Below, in pieces: positions 19,960 through 29,394 of a DNA stretch of 64,000 nt (its first letter is position 1; each line of letters opens with the position of its first letter). This DNA comes from Sedimentisphaerales bacterium (GTDB taxonomy: Bacteria > Planctomycetota > Phycisphaerae > Sedimentisphaerales > Anaerobacaceae). The DNA is taken from the NCBI GenBank assembly GCA_040772485.1, contig JAXGYC010000007.1:192001-256000 (forward strand), written 5' to 3'. A program made the translations under genes and the position numbers. A model generated the notes under the pieces. The model searched no databases, had not been told where the DNA came from, and worked only from the letters and a program-made list of their open reading frames with translations.

Positions 19960-21318
19960 ATGAACACACTCGACCGAGCCTTGACCACAATACTATGTCT
20001 GCTGGCGGCTTTGCCCTGCATGGGCAGCGAAGAGGTACTCGTGACTATGGAGGTCTTCCCCTGTGTCGCTCAGCACGTCCACGGCTCGACGATCGTCGAG
20101 CTTCCCAACGGCGATCTGCTTGCCGCATGGTTCCAGGGCTCGGGCGAACGGTGGGCCGACGACGTCGCCATCATGGGCTCACGGCTGAGACCCGGCGAGA
20201 CCCAGTGGAGCGAGCCATTCGTCATGGCCGACACGCCTGGGTTTCCCGACATCAACCCCATCCTGTTCACGGATGGTCAGAACCGCCTCTGGTTGATGTG
20301 GTACACCGTCATCGCCAACCAGTGGGAAACGTCCCTGCTGAAGTACCGCATCAGCGAGGATTGGACGCGTGGCGAGGGCCCGCCCCAATGGGCATGGCAA
20401 GACGTATTGCACGTCAAACCGGGCGACAAGGCCGAACGGGGCATTCAGCCCAATGACCGCTTCGTGCGGTCCGTCGAGCGGCAGGTCAAGGAGTACGCGG
20501 AATACGTCAGCGGTCAGACCATGAACCCGACCTCCACAGCGGCGACGGCAGCAGGCGCCCGGATCAGAGCCTGGAGCGATGATCTGCTGGCCAAGGCGCG
20601 AGGCCAGGACATGGTGCGCAAGGGGATCCTCGTCGACGACGCCGGCCGGGGAGTTGACCAGCCCCTCGGTTATCCCTATTTCCGGCGAATGGGCTGGCAG
20701 ACGAAGAACAAGGCGATCGTCCTGACCACGGGCCGGATCATCGTCCCGCTCTATTCCGACGGTTTCAGCTTCTCCCTTATGGCCCTGACAGACAACGGCG
20801 GGCGAACCTGGACGTTCAGCGAGCCCCTCGTCGGCGGCGGAAACATCCAGCCCAGCATCGCGACGCAGCCCGACGGGACACTGGCCGCGTACATGCGGGA
20901 CAACGGCCCTCCCCCGGCCCGCCTGCATGTCAGCCGCTCGGCCGATGCGGGAGCGACGTGGAGCTCCGTCCGCGACAGCGAGCTGCCCAACCCTGGTTCG
21001 GGCGCCGATGTCGTCACTCTGGCCAACGGACACTGGGTTCTGGCCTGCAACGATACCGAGGAGGGCCGGCACAGCCTCGCCGTCTCGCTGTCGGCCGACC
21101 AGGGCCGGACCTGGACCCACACTCGGCACCTGGAGCGGGACCTTCGGGGACCGGCTGCGACCCGGAGCCACTACCCGTCGATCATCCAGGGGCGAGACGG
21201 GGCCCTTCACGTGGTCTACAGCTACCATCGCAACGACCGGGGACAGGACCCAGCCAAAACCATCAAATATGCCAGATTCACCGAGAGCTGGCTCCGGGAA
21301 ACGAATGACCGGCCATAA
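19960..21318 (+). CDS. Secreted sialidase-family (GH33/BNR) protein
   Basis: HGSTIVELPNGDLLAAWF.G..E, Asp-boxes TDNGGRTW, SADAGATW, SADQGRTW, and YPSIIQ. Confidence 0.85.
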   Translation: MNTLDRALTTILCLLAALPCMGSEEVLVTMEVFPCVAQHVHGSTIVELPNGDLLAAWFQGSGERWADDVAIMGSRLRPGETQWSEPFVMADTPGFPDINPILFTDGQNRLWLMWYTVIANQWETSLLKYRISEDWTRGEGPPQWAWQDVLHVKPGDKAERGIQPNDRFVRSVERQVKEYAEYVSGQTMNPTSTAATAAGARIRAWSDDLLAKARGQDMVRKGILVDDAGRGVDQPLGYPYFRRMGWQTKNKAIVLTTGRIIVPLYSDGFSFSLMALTDNGGRTWTFSEPLVGGGNIQPSIATQPDGTLAAYMRDNGPPPARLHVSRSADAGATWSSVRDSELPNPGSGADVVTLANGHWVLACNDTEEGRHSLAVSLSADQGRTWTHTRHLERDLRGPAATRSHYPSIIQGRDGALHVVYSYHRNDRGQDPAKTIKYARFTESWLRETNDRP

Positions 21319-21333
21319 CACGCATGAAGAACC

Positions 21334-21360
21334 GTAACGCCTTTTCTAAGAAGGCGTTAC
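21334..21360. terminator. Perfect inverted repeat after the sialidase gene (terminator-like)
   Basis: GTAACGCCTT-TTCTAAG-AAGGCGTTAC, 10-bp stem. Confidence 0.55.
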
Positions 21361-21455
21361 AGTAGTATCATCCGTCCGCACAGTCGATGCCTCCTTTGCC
21401 GCCACAGTGGATACCACCCATGTCAGCAACTTTTTTTTTACTTTTTTCCGGAAAT

Positions 21456-21590
21456 GCATCCACAAGCGTTATCGGCAGACGCTTGGTATGTGAGTGAAAG
21501 GAACACGTCGAGGCATGCGGCCGTGGGAGGGAAGGAAGCACCGGGGGGTCTGTGCGCCCTGCAGCGAGGTGCGTACCGACCCCCTGTTTC
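21456..21590 (+). ncRNA. Candidate sRNA unit A (promoter-like motif, GGA-rich body, terminal hairpin)
   Basis: GCATCCACA...ACGCTT, GAAAGGA, AGGGA, AAGGA, hairpin GGGGGTC...GACCCCC then TGTTTC. Same layout as unit B. Confidence 0.35.
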
Positions 21591-21760
21591 ATTGTTCCAG
21601 ACTGATTGAGCCGCAGACATCCAGCCAGCCGCACCTTTTGTCTTGCTTGTCCCGCAGAGATTGGGGATGATATGCAGGGGGTGGAGCGGGTGGGCATATC
21701 CGCAAAGCACTTGTGCGGCCGGCCAGTCTGCCATCGGTTGGCCTGCGTGAAAGGACAAGG

Positions 21761-22045
21761 ATGTCGGAGAAGATCAGACGCGGTCAGAGAATCCCCGTTC
21801 CGCTGCTCAGAGGCCAGCACAGACTCATCGTCGAGCATGCTCTTGCCAACGACCACCCGTTCACACAGGCCGTCCTGGCTGGCGGCAAGGGTGAGATCGA
21901 CGTGACCCTGGGGGAGCTGGAGGACCTGCTCGGATGTATCGTGGCTGCGGCGAATCACAGCCACGATGCGAGCCTGACATATGGACTGGATGCCCTCTAT
22001 GATCGGCTCGACGCGATTCTCTACTCCTACGAAGAAGTCGATTAG
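21761..22045 (+). CDS. Small hypothetical protein (94 aa)
   Basis: SD AAGGA. LGELEDLLGCIVAAANH resembles, from recall only, the N-terminal domain of planctomycete pRiA4b ORF-3-like proteins. Confidence 0.7.
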   Translation: MSEKIRRGQRIPVPLLRGQHRLIVEHALANDHPFTQAVLAGGKGEIDVTLGELEDLLGCIVAAANHSHDASLTYGLDALYDRLDAILYSYEEVD

Positions 22046-22106
22046 GGCGTTGGCGCCATCGAGCAGTGCCGGAACTCGTCGCCTTTTCTGAAAAAATCGC
22101 AAAATC

Positions 22107-22249
22107 GCATCCACATCACCCTGTCAGCGAACGCCTTCGGCACGGACGGAGAAAGGATGTACACCCAAGCGGCTGCGCGGGGCACCCAGGCGCAAGGAGA
22201 CCGGCACGCGTTGCGGACGACCGCAGATCGTGCCGGTCGCCTGTTTTTG
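22107..22249 (+). ncRNA. Candidate sRNA unit B (promoter-like motif, GGA-rich body, terminator)
   Basis: GCATCCACA...ACGCCT, ACGGA x2, GAAAGGA, AAGGA, perfect stem GACCGGCACG/CGTGCCGGTC then GCCTGTTTTT. Confidence 0.4.
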
Positions 22250-22294
22250 GGCACGACAGCCCCCGAGCCAGCCCCTCGTCGAGCCTCCCACCGC

Positions 22295-22326
22295 GGGTGG
22301 CACCTCCCCTGGGCCTGCCACCCTTT
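22295..22326 (+). terminator. Hairpin with short U tail
   Basis: GGGTGGCA...TGCCACCC-TTT. Confidence 0.4.
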
Positions 22327-22417
22327 GCCCTTGAACCTGCGCCAAATCCAGGCGACAATACGGAGACGGAATCAGGCCGCTGCGTCCCGGCTGAATAACT
22401 CGACATAAGGAGCGACT

Positions 22418-22708
22418 ATGGCGATCCAGTTCAAGGAGTTCACCCGACCGGCGTTCTCCGGAGACGCCGACGAGCTGAAGAAGAAGGTCGTCAAGTACTG
22501 CAACAGCCAGCTCAAGTGCTTCCGGATCATCTCTATCTCGGAGGCCAAGGGCATCTCGGACGACTTCTATCGCATCACGGTCTGGTACGACGACGAGGCC
22601 GAGAAATTCGAGCACCTTCTCTCTGCCTCGGCAGCCCAGAATGCGGACAAAGGATCATCTTCCCCTGCGACGGAGGACGAAGATCCTCCAGACAGTTCTC
22701 TAAGGTAG
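22418..22708 (+). CDS. Small hypothetical protein (96 aa)
   Basis: Strong SD TAAGGAG, typical codon usage, upstream TTGAAC-N17-GACAAT. Confidence 0.75.
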   Translation: MAIQFKEFTRPAFSGDADELKKKVVKYCNSQLKCFRIISISEAKGISDDFYRITVWYDDEAEKFEHLLSASAAQNADKGSSSPATEDEDPPDSSLR

Positions 22709-24880
22709 CGCTCCTACCGGGATCCCGTTGTTCTGGAGCTGGCGGGCGGGGCTGTCGGGCGCCAGACGGTAGTCCCTGGCGGCGGCATCGACGAAGTCCG
22801 GCTCGATCAGTAGAGCATGTGTCGAGAATCCTCGCGCCCGCTGGTGATCGGCAAATTCGGCAACTCCAACGGAGGTCCGCCCCCATAGGAGCAGCGGCAA
22901 GCCATCCGGCTGAAACCAGCAGTTCGCATCCATGGTCAGCGCCGCGGTCCAATCGCGGCCGGCCAGACGCAGGCAACTGTCGGTGGCATTAGAGAAGATG
23001 TTGTAGCAGACGACAAAGTCGGATGTCGCGGCGCTGTTGTCGTAGAACATCAGGTGCCGCCCGTTGCGATCGGGCCGCTGGGCGTGCCCCCAGCCATAGC
23101 CGGCATCGACGCAGGTGTTGTGCTCGAAGCGGATGCTGTGCGTGCGGCTGGACTCGTCCCGATTCCAGTACTCGAACGAGTACTCGCAGTTCCAGATCAC
23201 GTTGCGGCGATAGGTGATGTTCTCCTGGACATTGGTCCCACTGCCCTGGTTGGTCAGGGCGGCGTCGTAGATTTCCCACAGGCGGCAGTCTTCCACCAGA
23301 CAGTCGCCGGCGCTGGACCAGAATTCGATCCCGTTGCCGTACCGCACAGGCCGGCCGTCGGCGGTGGTGTGCTGATGCCCGCCGCCGATGTAGGACAGGT
23401 CGCAGCGACGCACGATGATGTGCCGGACGCCGGACCCGCCGATGCCGTGGGCGGCCCCATACCGCAGGTCGAGGTCTTCATAGGTGACGTACCGCTTGCC
23501 GCTCTGGTCGACGATGTGTTTCCGCAGGGCCAGTTCGATGCTGCGATGAAAACTCGCCGGATTGCCGTCCGAGCGGAGCAGTACGCACTTTCCATTGGAG
23601 TCATAGAAGTAATCCCATGGCTTTTGAAGCTCGGCCCGGCTCCATTTCTTGACACCGACTGCTGCACCGTGGTCGAAGATGATGTTGCCAACATCGACTG
23701 CCAGAAGCCCCTGCGAATCGGTCGTGGTCCAGATGCCGTCCGCAAGGAGGCTCCAGTCCGCAGCCGCATCCACAGCCATCGATCCAAGCAGCGAGGGCTT
23801 CTCGCCCATGCCGAACGCGCCGTATGTGATGGGAAGGCCGGGGGCGCCGCTCTGGGGAACGAGTTGGCCCCGCCAGAGCCCACCGCGTCTGAAGAGAACC
23901 GTGTCGCCTGGCTTCAGGGACGCCTGATTGACCTTCTCCAGGGATCGCCAAGCGGCCACTCGGCTTCGACCGTCCCGATCGTCATCTCCATGCACATCAT
24001 CGACGTAATAGGCTCGTGACGACCGTCCGGTCATGACAAAGGCCAGGATCGCACGAGCAACGACGTCGTCCGGCTCTGAAATCCGACTGACGATGGTCCC
24101 GTGGTCGCGGCCTTCGACTTCGAGGTATTCGATCCGTTCGTGGCCGGCCGCCTTCATCGCCGCGACAAACAGCCGATTCTCCTCGGCCCGCGCCGGCAGG
24201 TCCTCGCTGCCGCAGATACACACCGCAGGCGGCGCATCAGCGCGGACGTGATACAGCGGTGCCGCTTCATCGACGATCTGACGCGTGCGTCCGATTCGGC
24301 GCTCCGCGCGGACGGCTGAATGTGTAACCATCTGCCCGCTGACGGGGATCAGGCCCGCGACGACATCCGAACTCAGGCCGTATCGACCGAGATACCGCCC
24401 GTCCAGGCCGATCATTGCGGTCAGGTAGCCTCCGGCCGAATGGCCGCAGACGTAGATCCGCTTTGCATCGCCGCCGTGCGCGCCGATGTTCCGATGCAAC
24501 CACGCCAGGCTGGCGGCCGCATCGTCCAGATAGGCCGGGAACGCCGCCCCTGGCGAAAGGCGATAGTTGGCCAAGGCCACGGCCACCCCCTGCCCGGCGA
24601 ACCATTTTGCGATCCCGACGGTCATCGGATCGGACTTGCTGCCCTCCGTGATCCCGCCGCCGTGGAACCACAACAGCGTCGCAAAACCCTTCTCGCCTTC
24701 GGGCAGGTACAGATCGAGCTTGCACCGCTCCATCTCATAGGCCGTCAACCCATCGCCGCTCTTGTAGGCGATGTCCGCGACGACGGAGATCGGCTGTGCA
24801 TTCGCTGCGGCGACGCCCGCCTGACTGACCAGCCAGACGAGCCACGCCAAGCCAACCGTCCATCTTGGCAACCGTGTCAT
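22700..24880 (-). CDS. Secreted alpha/beta-hydrolase esterase fused to a right-handed beta-helix (pectin-lyase-fold) domain
   Basis: FHGGG, GHSAGG, GRDHG, then YYVD...GDD..DGRS...AWRSL.KVN...LKPGD.VLF.RG and beta-helix-type repeats. Confidence 0.8.
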   Translation of the reverse strand: MTRLPRWTVGLAWLVWLVSQAGVAAANAQPISVVADIAYKSGDGLTAYEMERCKLDLYLPEGEKGFATLLWFHGGGITEGSKSDPMTVGIAKWFAGQGVAVALANYRLSPGAAFPAYLDDAAASLAWLHRNIGAHGGDAKRIYVCGHSAGGYLTAMIGLDGRYLGRYGLSSDVVAGLIPVSGQMVTHSAVRAERRIGRTRQIVDEAAPLYHVRADAPPAVCICGSEDLPARAEENRLFVAAMKAAGHERIEYLEVEGRDHGTIVSRISEPDDVVARAILAFVMTGRSSRAYYVDDVHGDDDRDGRSRVAAWRSLEKVNQASLKPGDTVLFRRGGLWRGQLVPQSGAPGLPITYGAFGMGEKPSLLGSMAVDAAADWSLLADGIWTTTDSQGLLAVDVGNIIFDHGAAVGVKKWSRAELQKPWDYFYDSNGKCVLLRSDGNPASFHRSIELALRKHIVDQSGKRYVTYEDLDLRYGAAHGIGGSGVRHIIVRRCDLSYIGGGHQHTTADGRPVRYGNGIEFWSSAGDCLVEDCRLWEIYDAALTNQGSGTNVQENITYRRNVIWNCEYSFEYWNRDESSRTHSIRFEHNTCVDAGYGWGHAQRPDRNGRHLMFYDNSAATSDFVVCYNIFSNATDSCLRLAGRDWTAALTMDANCWFQPDGLPLLLWGRTSVGVAEFADHQRARGFSTHALLIEPDFVDAAARDYRLAPDSPARQLQNNGIPVGALP

Positions 24881-24902
24881 CCTCAGTGCTCCCAATGATG
24901 TC

Positions 24903-26879
24903 TCAACGAGCGGGCCTGTAGATTCGAGCGACCCAGCCGCCGCCAGGCGCCAGATCGATCTTCATCATTGTATCGGCCGTGACATTCCGCTTTTCTTTCT
25001 TGTAGTCGATGGCCCGAGTGGCCGCGTTGGCTCCGTCGCGGAGGAACTCCATTTCATATGAACCGGCGTCGAGGAAGTCGAATCGCAGATCGAACTGCCG
25101 AGGCTCCCAGTCCGTGATCGCGCCGACAAACCACGTGTCGCCCCTCCGGCGGGCCAGCACGACGTAGTCGCCCACTTGGGCCTCCAGCACGCGCGTCTGG
25201 TCCCACTCGACGGGAATCTGCGCGATGAACTCGGTGCACTCGCGCTCGCGGTAGTAGTCCGACGGCGCATCGGGCAACATCTGCATGGGGCTTTCCAGGA
25301 TGACGAACAGCGCAATGTCGTGGGCGCGGGTGCCCAGGCCCATCGGCCGGTCCCCCACCGGCCGGAACTCGTGCTTCTGGGCGTTGTTCATCGTGCCGGG
25401 GATGTAGTCCATCGGCCCGGCGACCATGCGAAGGAACGGCAGCAACGCGTGATGCTCCGGGTTGGCCTGGTCGCTCCAGCCATTCTGCTCAACCTCGATC
25501 AGTCCCTCGCGCGTCAGGACGTTGGGGTAGGCCCGTCGCAGTCCCGCCGGCTTGTACGCGCCGTGGAAGTCGACGACCATGTGCCGTTTGGCGGCTTCCT
25601 TCGCGATCCTGTGGTAGAAATTGACCATCTTCTGGTCGTCGCGATTCATAAAGTCGATTTTGATGCCCCGGATACCCCACTTGGCAAACTGATCGAGCGC
25701 CTGCTCGCACTGGCGGTCCAGGGTCGCCCAGATCACCCACAGCATGACGCCCACGTTCTTCTGCCTGGCATAGGCACAGACCGCCTCCATGTCCAGATCC
25801 GGGTGAATCTTGAACAAGTCGGCCCCGTCGGACCAGCCGTCATCAAAGAGGAAGTGCTCGAATCCAAACTCAGAGGCGAAGTCGATGAAGTGCTTGGCGG
25901 TGGCGGTGTTGATACCCGCTTTGAAATCGACGCCGTAGATGTTCCGCCGGCCCCACCAGTCGAACGTGACCACTCCCGGCTTGATCCACGAGACATCATC
26001 CAGAGCCAAAGGCGGCGCCAGCAGATAGACCATCTGATTGGCGATCAGATCGCCGTCGTTTCGCGCGACAGCGATGATCCGCCAGGGATAGGTTCGCGTG
26101 CCCTCAGTCTTGGCGATGTAGTCAGCATGCTTGGCCACTCGGCCGCGCACATACGCGTTGCCTTCATACGATTCTTCGAGCGGATAGCCCGCAAATGCTG
26201 TTTCCAGGGAGGTCTCGCCCGTGCCCCGCAGCCACATGCCCGGATAGTCCCGCAGGTCCGACTCGGTGATGAGCACCCTGGGCCGGCCCGTTTGCGTCAC
26301 AAGCAATGGCAGGCAGCACAGGTCCTCCGCCTTCAAATCGCCGATTGCCTGCTCGCTGTAGGGCTCCTCATAGGCGGAGCGGAAGCTCTTCTCCTTCTGG
26401 CAGATCACCGACGCCGTGTCGGCAAACTGAAAACTCGCCCGCTCGGACGCAACAACCACCTCGCCTGGAAGAGATGTCGAGAAGCGATAGGCGACGCCGT
26501 TGTCGTATGCCCTGAACGCCAAGGCAAAGCCCCCTTCGAAGGTCAGCGTCAGCTCGTTGCAGCGATCCTGTATCACCGCGTTCTTCTCGCGAATCTCCGG
26601 ACGGACCTCTTGTACGATCGTTCTGCGATCCACGCGCGTGACAGGTGAACCAGCGCCAAAGACGACGCCATCCGTCACGGTCAGAGCCAGTCCTGTGACA
26701 TCGGTCACTGTCCCGCCGTCGACGAGCACCGAGAAATCGATCCGCTCGCCCGCGTCCACGCGGACGCCCACCATCCCATCGGGAGATCGCAGATCGTATC
26801 GTTCACAGAGCCCCACGCTCACGTTCACAAGCAAGACCACAGCGGCAAGCGCCGCCGAACCGGTCATCTCCTCATCCAT
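24903..26879 (-). CDS. Glycoside hydrolase family 97
   Basis: LRSPDG, FRAYDNGVAYRF, SWIKPG...DWW, FIDFA, DDGW, GIKIDF, VDFHG, GPMDYIPG. Confidence 0.92.
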   Translation of the reverse strand: MDEEMTGSAALAAVVLLVNVSVGLCERYDLRSPDGMVGVRVDAGERIDFSVLVDGGTVTDVTGLALTVTDGVVFGAGSPVTRVDRRTIVQEVRPEIREKNAVIQDRCNELTLTFEGGFALAFRAYDNGVAYRFSTSLPGEVVVASERASFQFADTASVICQKEKSFRSAYEEPYSEQAIGDLKAEDLCCLPLLVTQTGRPRVLITESDLRDYPGMWLRGTGETSLETAFAGYPLEESYEGNAYVRGRVAKHADYIAKTEGTRTYPWRIIAVARNDGDLIANQMVYLLAPPLALDDVSWIKPGVVTFDWWGRRNIYGVDFKAGINTATAKHFIDFASEFGFEHFLFDDGWSDGADLFKIHPDLDMEAVCAYARQKNVGVMLWVIWATLDRQCEQALDQFAKWGIRGIKIDFMNRDDQKMVNFYHRIAKEAAKRHMVVDFHGAYKPAGLRRAYPNVLTREGLIEVEQNGWSDQANPEHHALLPFLRMVAGPMDYIPGTMNNAQKHEFRPVGDRPMGLGTRAHDIALFVILESPMQMLPDAPSDYYRERECTEFIAQIPVEWDQTRVLEAQVGDYVVLARRRGDTWFVGAITDWEPRQFDLRFDFLDAGSYEMEFLRDGANAATRAIDYKKEKRNVTADTMMKIDLAPGGGWVARIYRPAR

Positions 26880-26913
26880 CACAGCAGTCTCCTTCCCATG
26901 CATTCCGCCGGCT

Positions 26914-28197
26914 TCATCGAGCCGATTCGATGCGGTAGAGGTGGGTCTTCGTTCGCAGCAACAGCGCCTTGCCGACGACGGCGGGCGAGGCCATGCAGCC
27001 AGAATCGAGTGTGTTCGTCGCGACAATCTCGAACTGTCGCGCAGCCTTGAAGACGGTCGATGTGCCGCTCTGGTTGAAGCAATAGATGTTGCCGTCGGCA
27101 TAGAGCAGCGATGCGGCATAGTCGCCTCGGATGCGGTCCTTCCACACCTGCTCGCCCGTCGCCGCGTCCACGCAGACGACGATCCCCGTATCGTTGATGG
27201 TGAAGAGCAGATCACCGATCAGGACGGGCGAGGGCGTTCGGGGCACCGTCCGAGCAGTCTTCCACAGCACGTGGCTGTCGGTGACGTCGCCTGAGCCGTC
27301 GACGCGAATGGCCATCAGCTCGGTCTGGCCGAACCCGCTGATCATGTAAGCGACGCCGTCCCGGTAGATGGGGGCCGCGGCGCCGGAGAACGCAGGCGTA
27401 CGAACCTTCCACAACTCGCGGCCGGTCGTTGGGTCGTAGCCGTAGACTGCCTTGGCGCCGACGCTGAGCATCTGTGCGGCGCCGTTAGCCTGGACGACCA
27501 GCGGGGTCGAGTACGCCTTGCGCAGGTCGCCTTCGTCTCTCGGCTTGCCCTCGGCGTCCAGGTCGTCCCAGTCGGCGGTGCGGTCGGTCTTCCAGACGGT
27601 ACGGCCGCTGGCCTTGTCCAGAGCGACGAGATATTGCACGTCGACGCCGTCCATGGTCAGGATCAGCAGATTCTCGAACAGGATGGGCGACGAGCCCGGC
27701 CCGCGATAATGCCGACAGGGCAAGTCGTCCCGCTTCCACAGCGTTTTGAAGGTGCCCGTGTCCAGACACGCAGTCCCATAGCTTCCAAAGTGCGCGTAGA
27801 CGCGGCCCGGCTCGACGACGGGCGTGGGCGAGGCGTAGCTATTGAGCGGATTGCCCAGCGGCTCCGGATGATCGGCGTGGAAGAGCCGCTCGCTGAAACG
27901 AACCGCGCCCGAGCTGGCGTCGACGCAGAGCGCGTAGAAATCGTGTCCATCCGCGGTGGCGCTGGTCAGCCAGACCTGTCCGTTCATCACCACCGGACTC
28001 GACCAGCCGATGTGCGGGATGGGCGTCTTCCACGCGATGTTCTCGTCCTCGCTCCAGTGCACCGGCAGGCCCAGCCGCACATCGCTGCCGGGCCGGGTCG
28101 CCAGGCCGTCGCCGGAGGGCCCGCGAAAGCGGGGCCAGTCGGCCTGCGCCGGTGCGGCCATCGTGAACAGAATCACAGCCATCCGGTATCTACACAT
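26914..28197 (-). CDS. PQQ-binding-like beta-propeller repeat protein
   Basis: Signal peptide, DWPRFRGP, W.E.ENIAWK, GWSSPV, ASPTP, YSTP, SPV repeats. Confidence 0.88.
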   Translation of the reverse strand: MCRYRMAVILFTMAAPAQADWPRFRGPSGDGLATRPGSDVRLGLPVHWSEDENIAWKTPIPHIGWSSPVVMNGQVWLTSATADGHDFYALCVDASSGAVRFSERLFHADHPEPLGNPLNSYASPTPVVEPGRVYAHFGSYGTACLDTGTFKTLWKRDDLPCRHYRGPGSSPILFENLLILTMDGVDVQYLVALDKASGRTVWKTDRTADWDDLDAEGKPRDEGDLRKAYSTPLVVQANGAAQMLSVGAKAVYGYDPTTGRELWKVRTPAFSGAAAPIYRDGVAYMISGFGQTELMAIRVDGSGDVTDSHVLWKTARTVPRTPSPVLIGDLLFTINDTGIVVCVDAATGEQVWKDRIRGDYAASLLYADGNIYCFNQSGTSTVFKAARQFEIVATNTLDSGCMASPAVVGKALLLRTKTHLYRIESAR

Positions 28198-28261
28198 CCA
28201 CCCTCTGCTTGCTGGTATCACAAACTCATTCCTTCCAAAGCTATCACCGGTCTGCGGCAAG

Positions 28262-29347
28262 CTACTTGTGTAAAATCTTCAACGCGTTGGTCCGATAGAC
28301 CTTCTCCAACACCGAGTCGCCCAGCGCCAGGCCGTGCAGGGGCCAGTGGTAACTGAAATTGTCCCAGTCGTAGAAGTGCTCATCCGTCGACTCCAGAATG
28401 CGGAACGTGATCCGGTACACACCTGGGCTGAGACCCATGTCGGTGCCGTAGACAAGCCGGTCCTGATAGGTCTCGTAGAACTTAGCGGTGAATCGGGGAA
28501 TGGCGGCCGTCTCCGCGTACCGCGCAGAAATGTCCGCGTACAGGTTTGGACATTCATCGAAGAGCTTCCCCAAGCGACCGAGATCGTATGAGCAGTTGGC
28601 GAAATGGCAAGCGATGAACGTGGTGTTCGGATGCCGCTTGACCGCACGTTCGAGGATATCGACCATCCCGGTGTGGCCGACGATGCCGGGCTGATCGTCC
28701 AGTCGCCAGGTGTAGGCGTTCATCAGCCCGTCGTTGCGAGCGTCCATCGGCTCGTACATCCAATACGGATCGGCTACGTGGATGTTGATGGGCATCTTCA
28801 GATCGGCGCACTTCTCCAGCAGCCCGTCCATGCGCGGGTCATCGAGATGCATGCCCCACGCCTTGGTGGGCCGGCAGTAGACCAGCCCCTTGCCCTTGTC
28901 GCCCAGCTCGCCCACCCCCCGAGCGCCGGCGTCGAAGCAGCGTTGTAGTTCCTTGACGGCCGCAGGCCCGAAACCGGGTTGGTCGTAGCCGGTATAGTCG
29001 AACCCGCACCAGAGCTCGAACCGATCCGGATACTTCGAGTAGAGCGCCATCAGGTCGTCGAACTGCTTGCCCGTGGTTCCCGTCAGGACGACGGCCTTGG
29101 CGATACCGTGCTCGTCCATGACCCGCACCCATCGGTCCACCTGCTCGGGTGTCTTCGCATAGACGTGGGCGTGCATGTCGATTGCCGGGTAGCGGGCTTT
29201 GGCGACCTCCGTCTGTGGGATCTTGTAGACCGAGCGAGGGTGAAAATCCTTCAACAACAGCGTTTCGGGCGAAGGCTCTTCCGCCGCCGGCGACAATCTC
29301 GCGGCCCAGCACACAATCCCCACCATAATGGCAGCCATCTGCTTCAT
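28262..29347 (-). CDS. Secreted amidohydrolase (Amidohydro_2 type)
   Basis: IDMHAH, G.GEL, PINIHVAD, FIACHF, YADISAR, LVYGTD. Confidence 0.88.
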   Translation of the reverse strand: MKQMAAIMVGIVCWAARLSPAAEEPSPETLLLKDFHPRSVYKIPQTEVAKARYPAIDMHAHVYAKTPEQVDRWVRVMDEHGIAKAVVLTGTTGKQFDDLMALYSKYPDRFELWCGFDYTGYDQPGFGPAAVKELQRCFDAGARGVGELGDKGKGLVYCRPTKAWGMHLDDPRMDGLLEKCADLKMPINIHVADPYWMYEPMDARNDGLMNAYTWRLDDQPGIVGHTGMVDILERAVKRHPNTTFIACHFANCSYDLGRLGKLFDECPNLYADISARYAETAAIPRFTAKFYETYQDRLVYGTDMGLSPGVYRITFRILESTDEHFYDWDNFSYHWPLHGLALGDSVLEKVYRTNALKILHK

Positions 29348-29394
29348 GATCGATCTCCTTTCACATCACCTGGATGGTCTGAGCCGGCGTCGAT

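Noticed and set aside
21334..21360. Palindrome as a REP or IS end
   Set aside because: Single full copy in the window (only a partial AACGCCTT near 43519) and no transposase. Kept as terminator-like.
22157..22408. 83-aa ORF MYTQAAARG after GGAG
   Set aside because: Runs through two terminator-like hairpins and has non-protein-like composition, though not fully excluded.
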